This document shows positions 51,169-64,000 of a DNA stretch of 64,000 nt, in pieces. The DNA lies in NCBI RefSeq assembly GCF_000497125.1, contig NC_090601.1, positions 62,001 to 126,000 of the forward strand, in the 5' to 3' direction. The notes beneath the pieces were generated by a model. The model saw only the letters and a list, made by a program, of their open reading frames with translations. It searched no databases and was not told the DNA's origin. The first letter of the stretch is position 1, and each line of letters opens with the position of its first letter. The position numbers and the translations under genes are program-made. Origin of the DNA: Spironucleus salmonicida (Eukaryota).

Positions 51169-54100
51169 TCACTGAGTTTAACATAATAATGCAGTACCTC
51201 TCATGGCCCACTGAGCGGGCCTCTTCTCGGATCTAAGCTTAACAGCGAAGATAAAGTTCTACCCGGTACGCATTGGAGTCTTGTAAACAGGGCATTCGTA
51301 CAGCATGATGCCTGATTTATCTTTTACAGGCGCGGTGACGACATCACTGGTACTTTCAGTTGCTTCTACAAGCAGAACAGGAAGAGGCGCAAACATCTAC
51401 TTGGACGCTGCATCAATAATAATTTCTTTCTTAGGCTCCCACTGGGCGCCTTCGAGGAATAGTCCATGGATATAAACAGCACCAGACATTTTAGGCTTAT
51501 TTGTCTGGGCTTATTTTTCATCCTTGAACTTCATGACCGACGTCTGGATCATAACCTTGTCTAAAGACCAAGGTGCACCATTAGTAGTGTTGCTACGAGT
51601 AATTTCTTGCTTTACAGATGTAAGGAACCCGTTAGGGTTAAAGAAACCAGTCAACCAGAAAGAAGCAGGCTACTCCTTCATTAACCAGTTAGAATACTAT
51701 GTACATCTGGCCGAAACATCTGATAACCATTATCCTAGCGTTGGAGAAAGCCAGGATATATTTAACCAGCGTGCAGGCACTCTAGCATCGAAGATAGCAT
51801 CCAATGCATCTTATAAATGTTCAGTCATAATAATAGAACCCGCCATAGCTTGCTACAAATCAATAAGTGTGCTGCGAATCATGCTCAGCACAGCTTACAT
51901 TCTTTCGATTTCCTATCCCAAGAAAACAGTCAGGGCCTTAGGAGATGACGAATCTCCATTGAGGGCTTTTAAGTATTATGGAACCTAGTGCTTAAGATCA
52001 TACTTAGGTGGCAGTTTGGTTAAAATATCTTTGGCTTACTTGAGAACTACATCCTCTCTAGACCCTCCTGCTTTAGAACCGCCTGCATCTTTAGGTTAAA
52101 TACTAAGAATAGTTCCTAAAACTGCAGTTGTTTCAGCTTACCTAAATGTAATTTCTGCATTAGGGTGCATCATTAAAGCTTATGGCTTGTCAATCATAGG
52201 CAAATTATCAACAAATTTTCTGATATCATTAATATTAGGTTAAGCTCCAAAAGTTGGCATTTTATAAATTGGAGCACAGAATGAATAGTTAGGTTCGAGG
52301 ACTTATCCTGAAACCCATTCAGCAGTATAAACATTCATTAACTTTCTGTCAAAATCGTCCGTAATACGTCCACCGTAGTGCACTTCTGCTATCATGTAAC
52401 AGATAGTTTTCCATGAAATTTGTTAGTTCTTTCTTGGGTCGAGAGAATACAAATATGACTGCAGGAACTAGATAGAGGCATTAAAGTCATGCTAACCAAA
52501 CTCATACTTAATGCACCAGCCAAGAGGGCCGTACTTCTTTCGCTCAATAATGGTTGAATGCAAATACGCGATTGAATATATAAGAGGAAGCCATTGTGGC
52601 TTGTCAACGGACTCGACAAGGTCCTACGTCATTTGATTAAATGTTCTCTTTAATCCAGCACGAAGGCCTGACGGAGGGTCGTTTGTAAGCTTAATCGACT
52701 TTTACAATAAGCCAATCGGGAATTTCTCGCTTCTTTCCGTAGTGAGAATAAGTCTGAAATCTGGATGAGGGCCCTACTTGGGGTTGAGTGCAGCGAAAAT
52801 ACCCCCAGTTCCCTAATTAGTGCCGATAGCAGGATCCAAGTCCTTGATGTCTTTCTTATCACGACTATCGCCATCATTGTCCCCTCCAAGGGCATTAATA
52901 TAGGCATATCTTTCCCTAACATCTAATACCATGTCGTCAACCTCGGCCATAAACTTGATAGCAAGATGGGAATTGTTGATCATTGCCCATCCACCGTTAG
53001 TGATGCAGTCAGCGACCAGGCGTCGTGCCGCAGGTTCTTATCCTTATCCCATGGAAATCGACTTCAATTCGATCTTTCTCTTCTTAGCAAACATTTCTAA
53101 TTGGCCGGTAGGGTCAGAACCCAATGAAAGCAAGAAACAAACTGGCATGCACTGGTTCGTCTCATTGATCAAAATGTCATCATAATCCGCCACTACAGGC
53201 TCAACAAACTCTTTCCCATCTTCTTTCATGCTCGGATCCTTAGAAGCAAAGCATGATTAAATATATGCAGACGCAGCTAACATTGTCCTATCTTCACGCA
53301 AACATCTAATTAATAATAGTTTTTAGAATTCATTAAGTCTGCCTTCGTATTCTTATGGTAATTTCGCTATTTCAATAGCTTCTTCGTTGTAATAGTTTTT
53401 CCATTCTGACTCATTTTCAGATATCTACTGTGGTAATTGTGCAAATGCAGATAATGCAGAAAGAGCAACAACATTAAGCCATGAATTATCAGCAACGAAT
53501 TAAGGCTTAGACTTTATATTCGATAAATCTAAAGCTGCACCCCCACGAATAAATACAAAAAATTCTTGCTAAGAAATTTTATCCTTCTTCATATCTATTT
53601 TCAAGCACAAATTCAATACAAACAACAATTTATCGCGTTCATATAGACCACGCATAACATACTTGAATAGTTTAAGCGTCATGTATGAAATGATCTGCTG
53701 AATTCTTCTTGCGGCTATATTATTAGGAGGTGCTTCTAAAATAGAAAGATCGAATAGATCCAAGAATTACTTGAGTGATGTTTAATACATGTTATTGACT
53801 AGCGTCATCTCGGTAATAAGGAAATATATAATAGCTCCGCGTGTGGCAACTATAACATACTCTTCACGGGCTTCGTTAATTCTCTTTTCTGTTTCAGCTG
53901 CATTCGCTAGTTTTTCCTTAACTTCTTCGGTCGTTTACTTAGTTTTGTTGAGAACCTCAACTAAAGAGGAGTCGTCAAGTAAATTTCCAGTCGTGTTGCT
54001 TAAACGCTCTAACAAATCTCCCTCCAACTGCAAGGCGATTTTCTTATTAGAGTTAACCTCTTCAAGCAATTAGCGTCTCTGTTCTTCTAGTTCTTTGCGT

Positions 54101-57100
54101 TCAATATTAACTGTTCTGGACAACAATTATGATTCTAAACCACCAAATGTTACTGTAAAATCGATAATAGAGGTTTTAGCATAAGTTTCAGGGCTATATT
54201 TAGGGTTAGGGAGCTTAGTTGTGATGAACAACTTGAAGTTTTCATCGATTTACTTCGTTTAATCGCCAATTTTTACCTCCTTTCTTGTTCCAGTAATAAT
54301 ATATTGTTTTTCTAAGATGGGGTCTAATACTGGATCGATCTCTTCCTCAACATCTTCGATGAGCAGTGGTAAACCGTTTTCAACGGCATTCTCTAAAATC
54401 ATTCTAAACCTCTTGTTATTCAGAGTGGTAACCTGAATATCTTGCTTGTACATGTTCTTGATCCAGGCAGCAGCCTGATTCTGGGGATCAACCATCAACG
54501 GATACCTTGATGATGAGCTTACAATAAGACCATTCTGGGTGGAAAGATCGTCAGTGGGCAGACCCTAAAGTCTCCACTCACCTATCTATGCCTCTGTCGT
54601 CAGGAACTAAATAATTTCGTTCTCGATGTTCTTAGAATATGGGATCTTCCTCTCCACCATATCCTTCAACCATACTTGACTTAGCAGCATGGTCCTATAT
54701 TATTGGTTGAATGGCCCTGCATAGCTTTAGAATGCAGCTGCTAAAGAGCAGTCTCCGACCAGACGTATGATGGCATCGTCTAGTTCCTTCGCCTGTATTC
54801 CCCATCTCTTTCTCTCACCAGACAGCCCGTTGATTAGTGCCGAAGCAGCGTTCAACCGCTTCTGCGTCAGATCGGCTTCGTCTTGGAGAGCTTGCTTTTC
54901 CGCATTAGCCTTATTGAATACCTCTTCGAGGACATTAAGCGATTTTTGCTTATCGTCTAGTTCACCTTACGCCTTCTTTAACTTATCCATAGCTACTTTG
55001 AAGACTGCCTCCATTTCACGCACAAATCTACGCTTAGGTTCAACTTCCAATGCTATAAAATGATAATCACGCATTGCAATAACCCATGAAAACAAACCAG
55101 CCACGTCACTAAAAGATTTCTACGCATTCTCAAACTTGAAATCAGGTTATTCTATATATGGAAGTAAAAGTTCGCATGTTTCATCAGTAATTGAATCTTT
55201 ATCAAAAGCTTAAAGTCGTTTAAGGAAGTTATTTTGCATAACATTTAGTGATTATCCCCATGATGGTAGACAGCCTCGAACAAGTGCTTTTTCAGGATCA
55301 TATACTAACTTTTCCATCTTTTCATTGAAAAGCACTAAGACAGTGTCAAAGATCTTTTAAATAATATAAGGTGGTTTACCAAGCTTCTTAACATTATTAA
55401 TAGCATTGGCTGTGATAGAATTTAGAGCTGACTCGGCTTTTTCTAGTAATGGCATTGCAGCAGCAAGACCTTGCTCAGCTACTTCCTTCTAGGCATTAAT
55501 TTCGTCTGCCTAGGCCATACATGCGTCAGCATCCTTTTGTACAACAGCCTTCACTTTCTCTGCTTCGTTTTTCTTGATGGTAATATCTTTCATCATTTCA
55601 TCGGTCTTGGCCTGTGCTACAGCTAGTTCTTTCTCTTTCTACTCTAAGTTGATCCTCATCGTTGCTACGTCATCTCCTGCTTATTAAAGGATATCCAAGC
55701 CTTTTTTAAGACGGTTGTTCTATGATGACAGGTCATTAACCTTTTTAGTGTAGAGCTGCTTAAATGAGGATAGGAACGAAAGATATGACTTGGGGGTCAC
55801 GTAAGTCTGTCTTCTGAATTAATTAAAATATTATTATGTAATAGTACTCATACTAGAGTGTATGTTCGCAATAAACTGAACTAGACTTGGGACAGTTTAG
55901 TCATTGTTAACTTTAATATCAAATCCTTCGCAAAGCTCGCTTGCTGCTACCTATTCTAGGGCTTCCCTTGACCAAGACTGGAACCAGTCAGTGGTACAAC
56001 CTGAGACTAGACCTGGGAACTTTCTAGATCTGGTTCTAAACTTATCGCCTACAGGTGAGAAGCATAGGATAATGTGCAAATTGGCCTTGTTGCGGTTGAT
56101 GAAGAAGTTCCAAAGGTTTTCGTTGGTATCTGGCATACGAGCGTTCCATTTCTTAAAAATAGGTCTAATATCATTAATGATACCTTCAATTTCATCCTTG
56201 GGGAACAGAGCAGGAATTTCACCTGCAGTAAGTATATTATTGATTTTTTCTAAAAATAACTCCTACTTGATGTCGTTATCGGTAAAAATAAAAGAACATC
56301 CTCGCCCGGTTAACCCAACCTATTTATAAAGCTTTCTAAGGTCCTCTTCTAAATTGCTTATATTGTAACTCCTAGACATAACCAATTAGAATAAATCATA
56401 ATCTGCAATATGAGTTGCCATTCTCGCGCAAGATTATTTCCCGGAACCACCTACACCGACTAGCAGAGCATGTCCACCAGGAGTTCTAATAATTCTAGAT
56501 ATTCTAAGAATATGATTAATACAAGAGTCGAACATAACTAACTTGAGCTAGAATTTACGGTTCTTATCGTTGTGGTCCTTCATATACATATTAAGTCTAT
56601 TGATCATTACTTCTTTATCATACACAGGCTCATAAATTTTTGGAACAACAATTTCCTGGTCATCTGGCACATCATCAGGGGCATCTCTCATAAAATCAGC
56701 GATATAGATATACTTATTATCTCCTCCCTATTGAACATAGTTCTGTGCTTCCTATGACAATTACTCATTAAGCTCTTCTTGTGCAACTACGTACAGTTAG
56801 TTGCTGAACCAGTTGATATCTTGCTCTGTTGTAAATTTATCAGGAAGAACTCTGCAGCACTCATTTGCCCAAAGATGAACCAATTATTTGGAGTTGGTGA
56901 TAACATCATTCTCTGTGTTTATGAATCCCTAAGTAATTTTGCTCAAGTCGCGCAGGTTGAATACATAATGGAACTTAGCAGGGGTCGGAAGCATCTTAAT
57001 TTTAGTAGCCTACCAGAGCTTTCTGGTTACTGCTACCAGCTTGTTGGCCGTTGTTGCAACTTCCTCACTGAACCCTCTGTCGATAGAATAATGGCCCTTA

Positions 57101-60100
57101 ATGATAGTGCCAAAGATTACATCAAGTTGATCTGGGGCAGGAAGATTGATGTTAAAAGTGCAATAGTGTGACTTGAGTCTATCTGGTATGTCATTTCTAC
57201 CACCACCTGGAATTGGCATAGCGCTGATAAAGGTAAAATCTTAAAAGCTGTGGAATTCTCCAGGCTTATCAAGCGCGTATAAGCCCCTCTCCTCAATAAT
57301 CTGACGGGTAAGCTCGTTTGTTGGCTGGTCCGTCCATTCATTGATAAGAGGAATATTAACTTCATCAATGAAAACGATGCCTTTCTTTCCGGCAACGGGG
57401 CCATAGCTAGTACCCATTCTTTTTTCAACGAAAGCTTCAATATTGCTCTGCAGGATACCTCCGGTAGTGGCTGATGAAAAGTTGACATTTCTGATAGCAA
57501 ATTTCTCTTTGTCCTACTCTCCTAGGAACCTAAATATATCTTTTGTCTTTCCTGAACCAGCTTCACCAGTGAAAAGTATATTAAACTAAGATCTATTTAG
57601 CTTCTAAAGAAGATAGTTAATTGTTGTATTATCTACGGTCGGAATAAGAATTTCGCCAAAAGGAATTGGCTATGGAGGAGGATACGTGTATGAAGGAACA
57701 ATATCAGTCCACTTTTACCATTGACCAGAGTCATTTATGAAATAGTTGTAAATCTGGTCTTGAGTATTCTCTAGCGTAGGATAGTCTATTTGCGCATTCT
57801 TAGCAGCCTGATTATCATATAAAAACTTTTATAGAATCTTTTTATCGTCTAAATCTAAGACAGCGCCAAATGACCACATGATAGCAAACAAAATTATCTT
57901 CTTGAAAGCCATAGGATTAATCTTTCCAATAATCTGCGATGCATTCTCGGCGATACATTGCAATTGTGCTTATTGAGGATTGCAAAAACCCTCCGCAATA
58001 ACAAATTATGATGAACTAATAGCTTCCGCTAAAACTTCACCATTATTCTATTTGTCTTCCATGTTAGCCAGCTTGCTCTCGACACCGCTTCCATCATAGA
58101 TAAGGGCGGTAATAATATTTAGAAGTTATCTTATCAATTACAGTGGTGGAACATTGAACAGAGGTTTAACCTCGAGATCGGTAAATTGATATAAAGCATC
58201 CAGTAATCCAGATGAATCTAACATCTAGGTCATGATGTTGACTTACTCGCCTTGCCAGCCCTTAGTCCACGAAATGTAGAATGGTTTCCATCCATATGCT
58301 TTAAACCCAGACATATAGATCATACCAGCTCTAGAAACTGTAGCCGGAGAAGCGTTGGCCAATGAGTCAATTTCCAAAATAAGCTTCAGATTCTTAGACA
58401 TTGGGATTCTATCAGAATTTGCTAGTGTTAATGTCTTGTTGTCATCCATGACTGTGTTGAGATTTTCAATCCAAACTGCATCGACAGGTCCGTTTAGAGT
58501 CAGCATGATGAAATGTTCGGCCTTGACTGCCTTTCTCCACAGAGCTGAAAAAATACCGTCCGTCCAGTCTCCAGTTGAAGCATCTAGCCTACCGAACATT
58601 TGAGGGGCTGTGATAGCTTTGGGGTTCATTTTAACAATCTGGAACTTCTGGCCAGTTATATTTTGCTGACATTTGGCCAATGTGTGAAGGGTGCACGATT
58701 TTCCAGCTAAAGTAGGCCCAAGAAGCATGATAGAGTGGCGCACGTTATATGTTTCGTAAAATTAAATAACTGACTTAACCCAGTCTGGTTACCTTTGTAT
58801 ATTGAGCTGCTGTGTCACAGTAACAATCATATTTTCTAGAGTCTCGTATTTATTTTCAGGAGGTTTGATACCTGGAAACAGGTCAGTTGTCAAAGATTCG
58901 AAGAGAGGGATATCAGGGGCGACCAACTTAGATCTGTTCATGTCCCGTAAAACACGAAGCAAGATGAATGACTCAGTTAACGTTTTATCGTGAGCATTAT
59001 CTCTTCTTTATTCTCCACATGTACGCAGAACGGACAGGATGTTTCTTAAACCAAAATCATAATGGCGCTACTAGGATAATTGCTATTCGCACAATTGATA
59101 AAGAATGTAAAACTTTTTCGCTAGCATCTTGGATTCTGAGAACCCAGCTGCTGCTAACTTAACATCCATGATAATTTGGCGATCTGGTACCATCATGGCA
59201 ACGGAACGGAATAATGCCTTCAGATTTTCTAGCAATTCTTAACGACCAGCATAACCTGGGTTCATGGTAATGAAATATGCAGCAGAGGTAAGCAATGACA
59301 CCATGCAACCGTCTGTGTAAAGGAACATCTTCTTTTTCTCCTTAATAGCAGATAATACACAGAAGATCTATTGTGCGGCCACTGACATAACATCAAGTTC
59401 AATACGATTGAATTCATCAAAATCTCCAAAACAACCGCACTAAGCAATACCTCTATAAATTTTACCGAGACCCTTATAATCCATCTGATCAGAACAATTG
59501 AACACAACTACGAACATACCTACTGCCTTTCCCATATCCTTTACAGTTTCGGTTTTTCCAGTACCAGCTGGTCCGGCTGGGGCTCCGCCTAAGCACATAC
59601 CTATGGCCTGGGCCAATGTTATATAACATCTATCAGTTAAAGGAGTAACAACTAATCTTTCGTTAACACCTAAATATTCGTAGTTATATGTAAAATCAAT
59701 ATCAGTAATCTACAACCTGCATGTGTCTAGTTCTGTGTTCCAATAAAATCTTGTTTATTTTAACCAGTCAAATTCAGTCGCCGAACGAACCTTAGCTGCT
59801 ATTAAATCATTAAAAATATCACGTTGATGTACATGAATAGTGATTAATGTTTCTACGTTAGTTCTTTGTCTAGGAACCATTTCCTATTATTTAGTAATTT
59901 CAACTAACAGATCAAATACATCATTGTTCTTCTTAACAACATTCTCTAAAGCTCGCTTATCTGTTCTAGCAGTTCTAAAAGCTTATTCACACCACAAAGT
60001 CCAAATGATTTATAAACATAGCAAGGTAACTTAAGCAGGATACGCCTCGAAATATTCTTTTAGTAGATCCTTGTAATCAGGTCTACTTAAATCTTAAGCA

Positions 60101-63100
60101 GCCTAACGAACAATATCTTTAATAGATCGCTACATAACAGAAATTAAAGTATTCAACCAATCTTCAATTGGTCCTGAAGCAACCACTGGTACTGATAACA
60201 CAACCTTTTCTCCAGTTTTATCATTAAGAGCTATTATATTGTTTCTTTTGGATGTAGATTTATCAAAATCAACATGATAGACTGCGTCAAAAATAGATAA
60301 CAAATGTCCTTATATTTATTAAGGGTCTGATTACTAACCTAAAATTTCTAATAATACTGGATCAGATACGAAATAAAAGCGAGGGAATAAGTTACGCTTT
60401 TGTTCTAAATACCCTGACAGCGACTTTTGGCACTCTTCTAATTACTCTATGAGATGTGGTAAAAGTGATTTAAGCGTGTCATCCTGGGAAGTCATATAAA
60501 TAACTCCAGGGTTTAGATTGGCGCCGCCCATTATCTTTATCCAAGTCTTATCGATGTTTCCGAACCTTTTCGCCTCAGCTGGCAGCTGACGTGCGATATC
60601 TCCAGAACTGAAAACAGCCTCCAAATAAATCCAGTTCTACTAGACCTACAACCATAAACTGAGGGTTTCGTCAAGCGTCGATAAACGCTTAACCCACTAA
60701 AATATTTCATCTTTGAACGGCTTGTTATATCTGTTTGACTGAATAGAACTTAGGAGCATTTGAGAATCTTCCAATGCACTAATTAACTCAGACGTTTCTG
60801 CAGCATTGAGAATTACCTTGCCTCTTGACTTAAATTCGTCAAATACAAAGTTCGTGGATTTCCACTGGTCCCTAATTTAATTTACCTTAATCTCGATGTC
60901 AGTCTCTTTTGTTGCAGCATTGCAAATATCTTCAATATCTTCTGAATATTTAACCGGATCAGCAGATAATACATCAGAAAGCTTGAAAGTATCTGGATCA
61001 GATAATATTTTAAGCACTGATTCTGATTTAGTTTTTTCTGAAATCTCTTGCCAATGTCTAGGTTTCATTGCTGGATTCGACATGGCTTAAAACGTTGGGA
61101 GAATAAGATTAAAATCATCAATTTTTTACTTTAACTCAATAAAAGCATCCCAGTCTCTCATGTCTTTTGGTAAACGCATGCATCTGTTTTAGAAATCACC
61201 CATCTTGATTTATACCTCTTCAAAATTAAGATCAAACCATAACTTATCTGAATAACCATCTATAGTTGTAATAACATCCTAGTATAAAGTATATAATTAA
61301 TTTAATAACTTCAAATCTTTTTGCATCTTAACTAAATCTGGGTATTCAGTTATACTTAATCCAAAAAGACGTTCGCCTGTTGAATAAGTAAGCCATTTTC
61401 TTTCTATTTCTGAAAATTATTATTAAAACTCGCGCAATCTTATAACTGCACCTCTTGGTGGTATACCAGGTTCTCTAGGTCCCTTTGTATTCCACTATTC
61501 AGTGAAATTAGCTACAGTTCCTTAAAAATCAGAAACTTATGATACTAAATCCTCTTTTAACCCACCTTATAAATCTTTAAGATTATACTACATTATAATA
61601 GCCTGTTATTAAATAGTTTTAAGTCTATAATTTAATTAGTCTACTTATTCTACTTCTTCTACAGAAACCTTTATATCAAACTAATTCATAATTTGATATG
61701 AATACTCAATTGGTTAGACTTTATTATCAAAATCTGCTTCCAACTCTCTTAACTTTGTTAGAGCTGCCATTATTTTTCTTACATCATCCAAATCATTTAT
61801 TTAAACTGAAATTTAATTTTACACATCATTAATAGTATTTGTCAATATTGAAAGCTATAATTACGCAAAGTTATTTAGTTTTGCCGCATATTATGCCTTC
61901 CATGTTTATGCCTCATTTATCATGGATTGCTTAATGGATTCTGTTTTCATTAAAAATATTCCCTGTTCTATATAATCTGGAATTAAATCGACATGATCTC
62001 CAATATTATCATAAAAAGTTAATTTATCCACATATAGCGATAACTCTGGTTTATTCTCGATAAATTTTTTAAAGACTTCGTCTTTATCATTTATCCAAAG
62101 ATGTTTAAATGATGAGAAAATGTTTAACTACTAAGTAAGATGGAGCTCTAACGTAGAGAAATATTATTATAATGATAATACAAGTTTTAACATTTGTCTA
62201 GAACCTCCAATGTACTAAAACATTGAATTAGACACATCAAAAGATTATAAATCTTCTAAACGAGCAACCTACTAAGCTAATCCCTCATCCAGTTAAGATA
62301 GTACCTGTTATTGGTTTTCGTTGTTCCAAACTACTGGCGCAGTTTTCTTATTATTGACAGTCTCTTCATTCTCTGTGTTGTTGGAATATATTACTGTTTT
62401 GGTTGTTGAAAGATTTAAAAACAAATTATCAACCATATCTGATTTTTTAACTTCATAAATTGGTTTTATTGATGTCAATATATTTTAATAATATTTACCC
62501 TATGAGTTCCACTTAGGTATACGCTTTGTAGATGTTAATACTAATACAACTAACTCATTTAAAATAACTGATAATTTATCTTATGAAGGTATTAGCTATA
62601 TTTCAGGATAAACCAGTTCATAATCACAGGAAATAAGACTATCATAATCAAATTCTTGTGTTAAATGATTATTTGGATAACAACAAGGATCTATTCTAGA
62701 TATTCTTGCATGCAAAGATCTAAACGTTCTCTCAGTTGCCAAAAATACCGCAGCATGTACTCTATCATGCATTTTATTAATAAAATCTTTTATAGCTATC
62801 TTAATAACATATGCAGCGCCTTTTTTCTTCGATATATCCTCTTCTGTTTATTCTTCTTTATAATCAGGGTCAAAATAAGTTACAATCGTTGATAATACCA
62901 AATTATTAAGCATTTCTGCGTTTTAAGAATCAGACCTTACCAAATATCTTGAGACAATTTATGAAATTGCATCACAGGTACCAGCCGCAACAAAAGCAGA
63001 CCTTTTGAAAATAAACTCAGCCGACTATATTGTATGCGGCTTTGCTTTCTCTAAATATGTTTTATAATTTAAGGCATTAGAATATTTTTCTAAATAGTTA

Positions 63101-64000
63101 GAGAAAATTCTTTTTGCATGAGAGGTAAATTCCGCAGTTTCCACAGTATATTGTTCAGGAATAGATTTTTTTGATGGGCTATTTATATCTACAATTGTTC
63201 CTCCTCGTGTTTCATCCTATTTTGACTTAAATGGTACTCTAAGATGCAACGGTAACAAAGTAGTGCAAGCTATTTGCTTTAAAGAATCATCTATTCTAAA
63301 TTTCATAATATCATTTATAGAATGAATGGTTTCTTTAAGTATATCCACCTAATCAATTACTTATTTTATGTATTATTCTAAATTCAATGAAGTCCAGCAA
63401 ACCTAATCTAAAAGTGGTTGTATTTTTTTCTACAATTTATGCATAAGTGGCTGCATAAGATCAATAGTATCTGAATGAATTTGTTCTGGTAATGACTCTA
63501 TGTCAATTACTAATTATTATAATACATCTCTAGTACCTAGTAACTATGCTTTGTGAAAAACAATAGACAAAACATTATCAGGTATATCAACATTAATTTA
63601 ATAAAGCATATCAGTTTCTCTTATAAGCTCGCTGATCGCAACATCAAAGTTAACAAGAAGGCTCTGGTCTGGTCCTCTCACTAAAACTGTACTCTAAAGA
63701 GAATTTCTTATCTATTAAATTGATTGTGACCATTTCAACAAATTATCCTCCTCAAACTATAGCAGAGACTCCATTGTTGTATTATATATTCTACTGGCCT
63801 ATCTTCCATATTTATTATATTATAATAATGGCATATACCCAAATGGTATGTTATCTTTTGATTAATTTTACATTAGTAATACATTATCGCTGCTATGATT
63901 TCCAATACCCATTTACCATTATTCTTTTTACTCATCTGAAACTTATATAAAAATTCTTTTGAAAAAATTATATGGTCTTGTTATTCTATTAGCTACTAAT
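51169..64000 (-). CDS. Axonemal outer-arm dynein heavy chain (gamma/DNAH5-8-like); 5' end outside the window
   Basis: Eight supplied ORF fragments share one frame; AAA1 [13 protein letters not shown]2 GPTLAGKS...[15 protein letters not shown]3 GEAGSGKT...GGRNDIP, AAA4 GVGGSGKQS, tail LLVNFD...LIRE; ends RGTALLCQTQ*. Confidence 0.93.

Noticed and set aside
2765-63950. Most supplied standard-code ORFs (e.g. 2765-3016, 11526-11795, 23125-23576, 51524-51988, 55904-56329, 56779-57171)
   Set aside because: They are antisense or off-frame shadows of longer code-6 genes with recognisable motifs.
1-64000. CRISPR arrays, prophage, rRNA or tRNA genes
   Set aside because: No repeat-spacer arrays or recognisable structural RNA seen; the gene content is eukaryotic.

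Overview
Eukaryotic, gene-dense, AT-rich DNA with no intron I could detect. It uses a non-standard genetic code: TAA/TAG = Gln, with TGA as the only stop (translation table 6). The supplied ORF track uses the standard code, so it shows only fragments or spurious antisense ORFs. Re-reading by hand gives about 48 tightly packed CDSs with mostly 20-110 bp spacers. Many have an AGTGA stop context and a pyrimidine-rich CC(A/G)YTT-type motif just upstream of ATG. This points to a hexamitid diplomonad (Spironucleus-like; inferred, not proven). Recognisable genes: TTL-family tubulin ligase, Mog1, PKA regulatory subunit, Sm/LSm protein, BCP1, RP2, Nar1, UBXN11 plus a SEP-less paralogue, a bacterial-type PHP phosphatase, Cdc25, several SNAREs, PWP1, a divergent histone H2B, topoisomerase III beta, tRNA-guanine transglycosylase, Bud23, kinesin-1, and a >12.8 kb outer-arm dynein heavy chain running off the right edge. 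Most notable: a 1355-bp inverted duplication (45348-46702 / 47288-48642) that duplicates a SNARE and creates a chimeric TPR gene; an H2B variant with a lysine-free N-tail and a long C-tail; a class-3 lipase that ends before its catalytic serine, next to a GTATGTTT splice-donor-like motif; several pseudo-enzymes; and intragenic GC islands that avoid the reassigned Gln codons. All coordinates and family calls come from manual translation and motif recognition; no searches were run.
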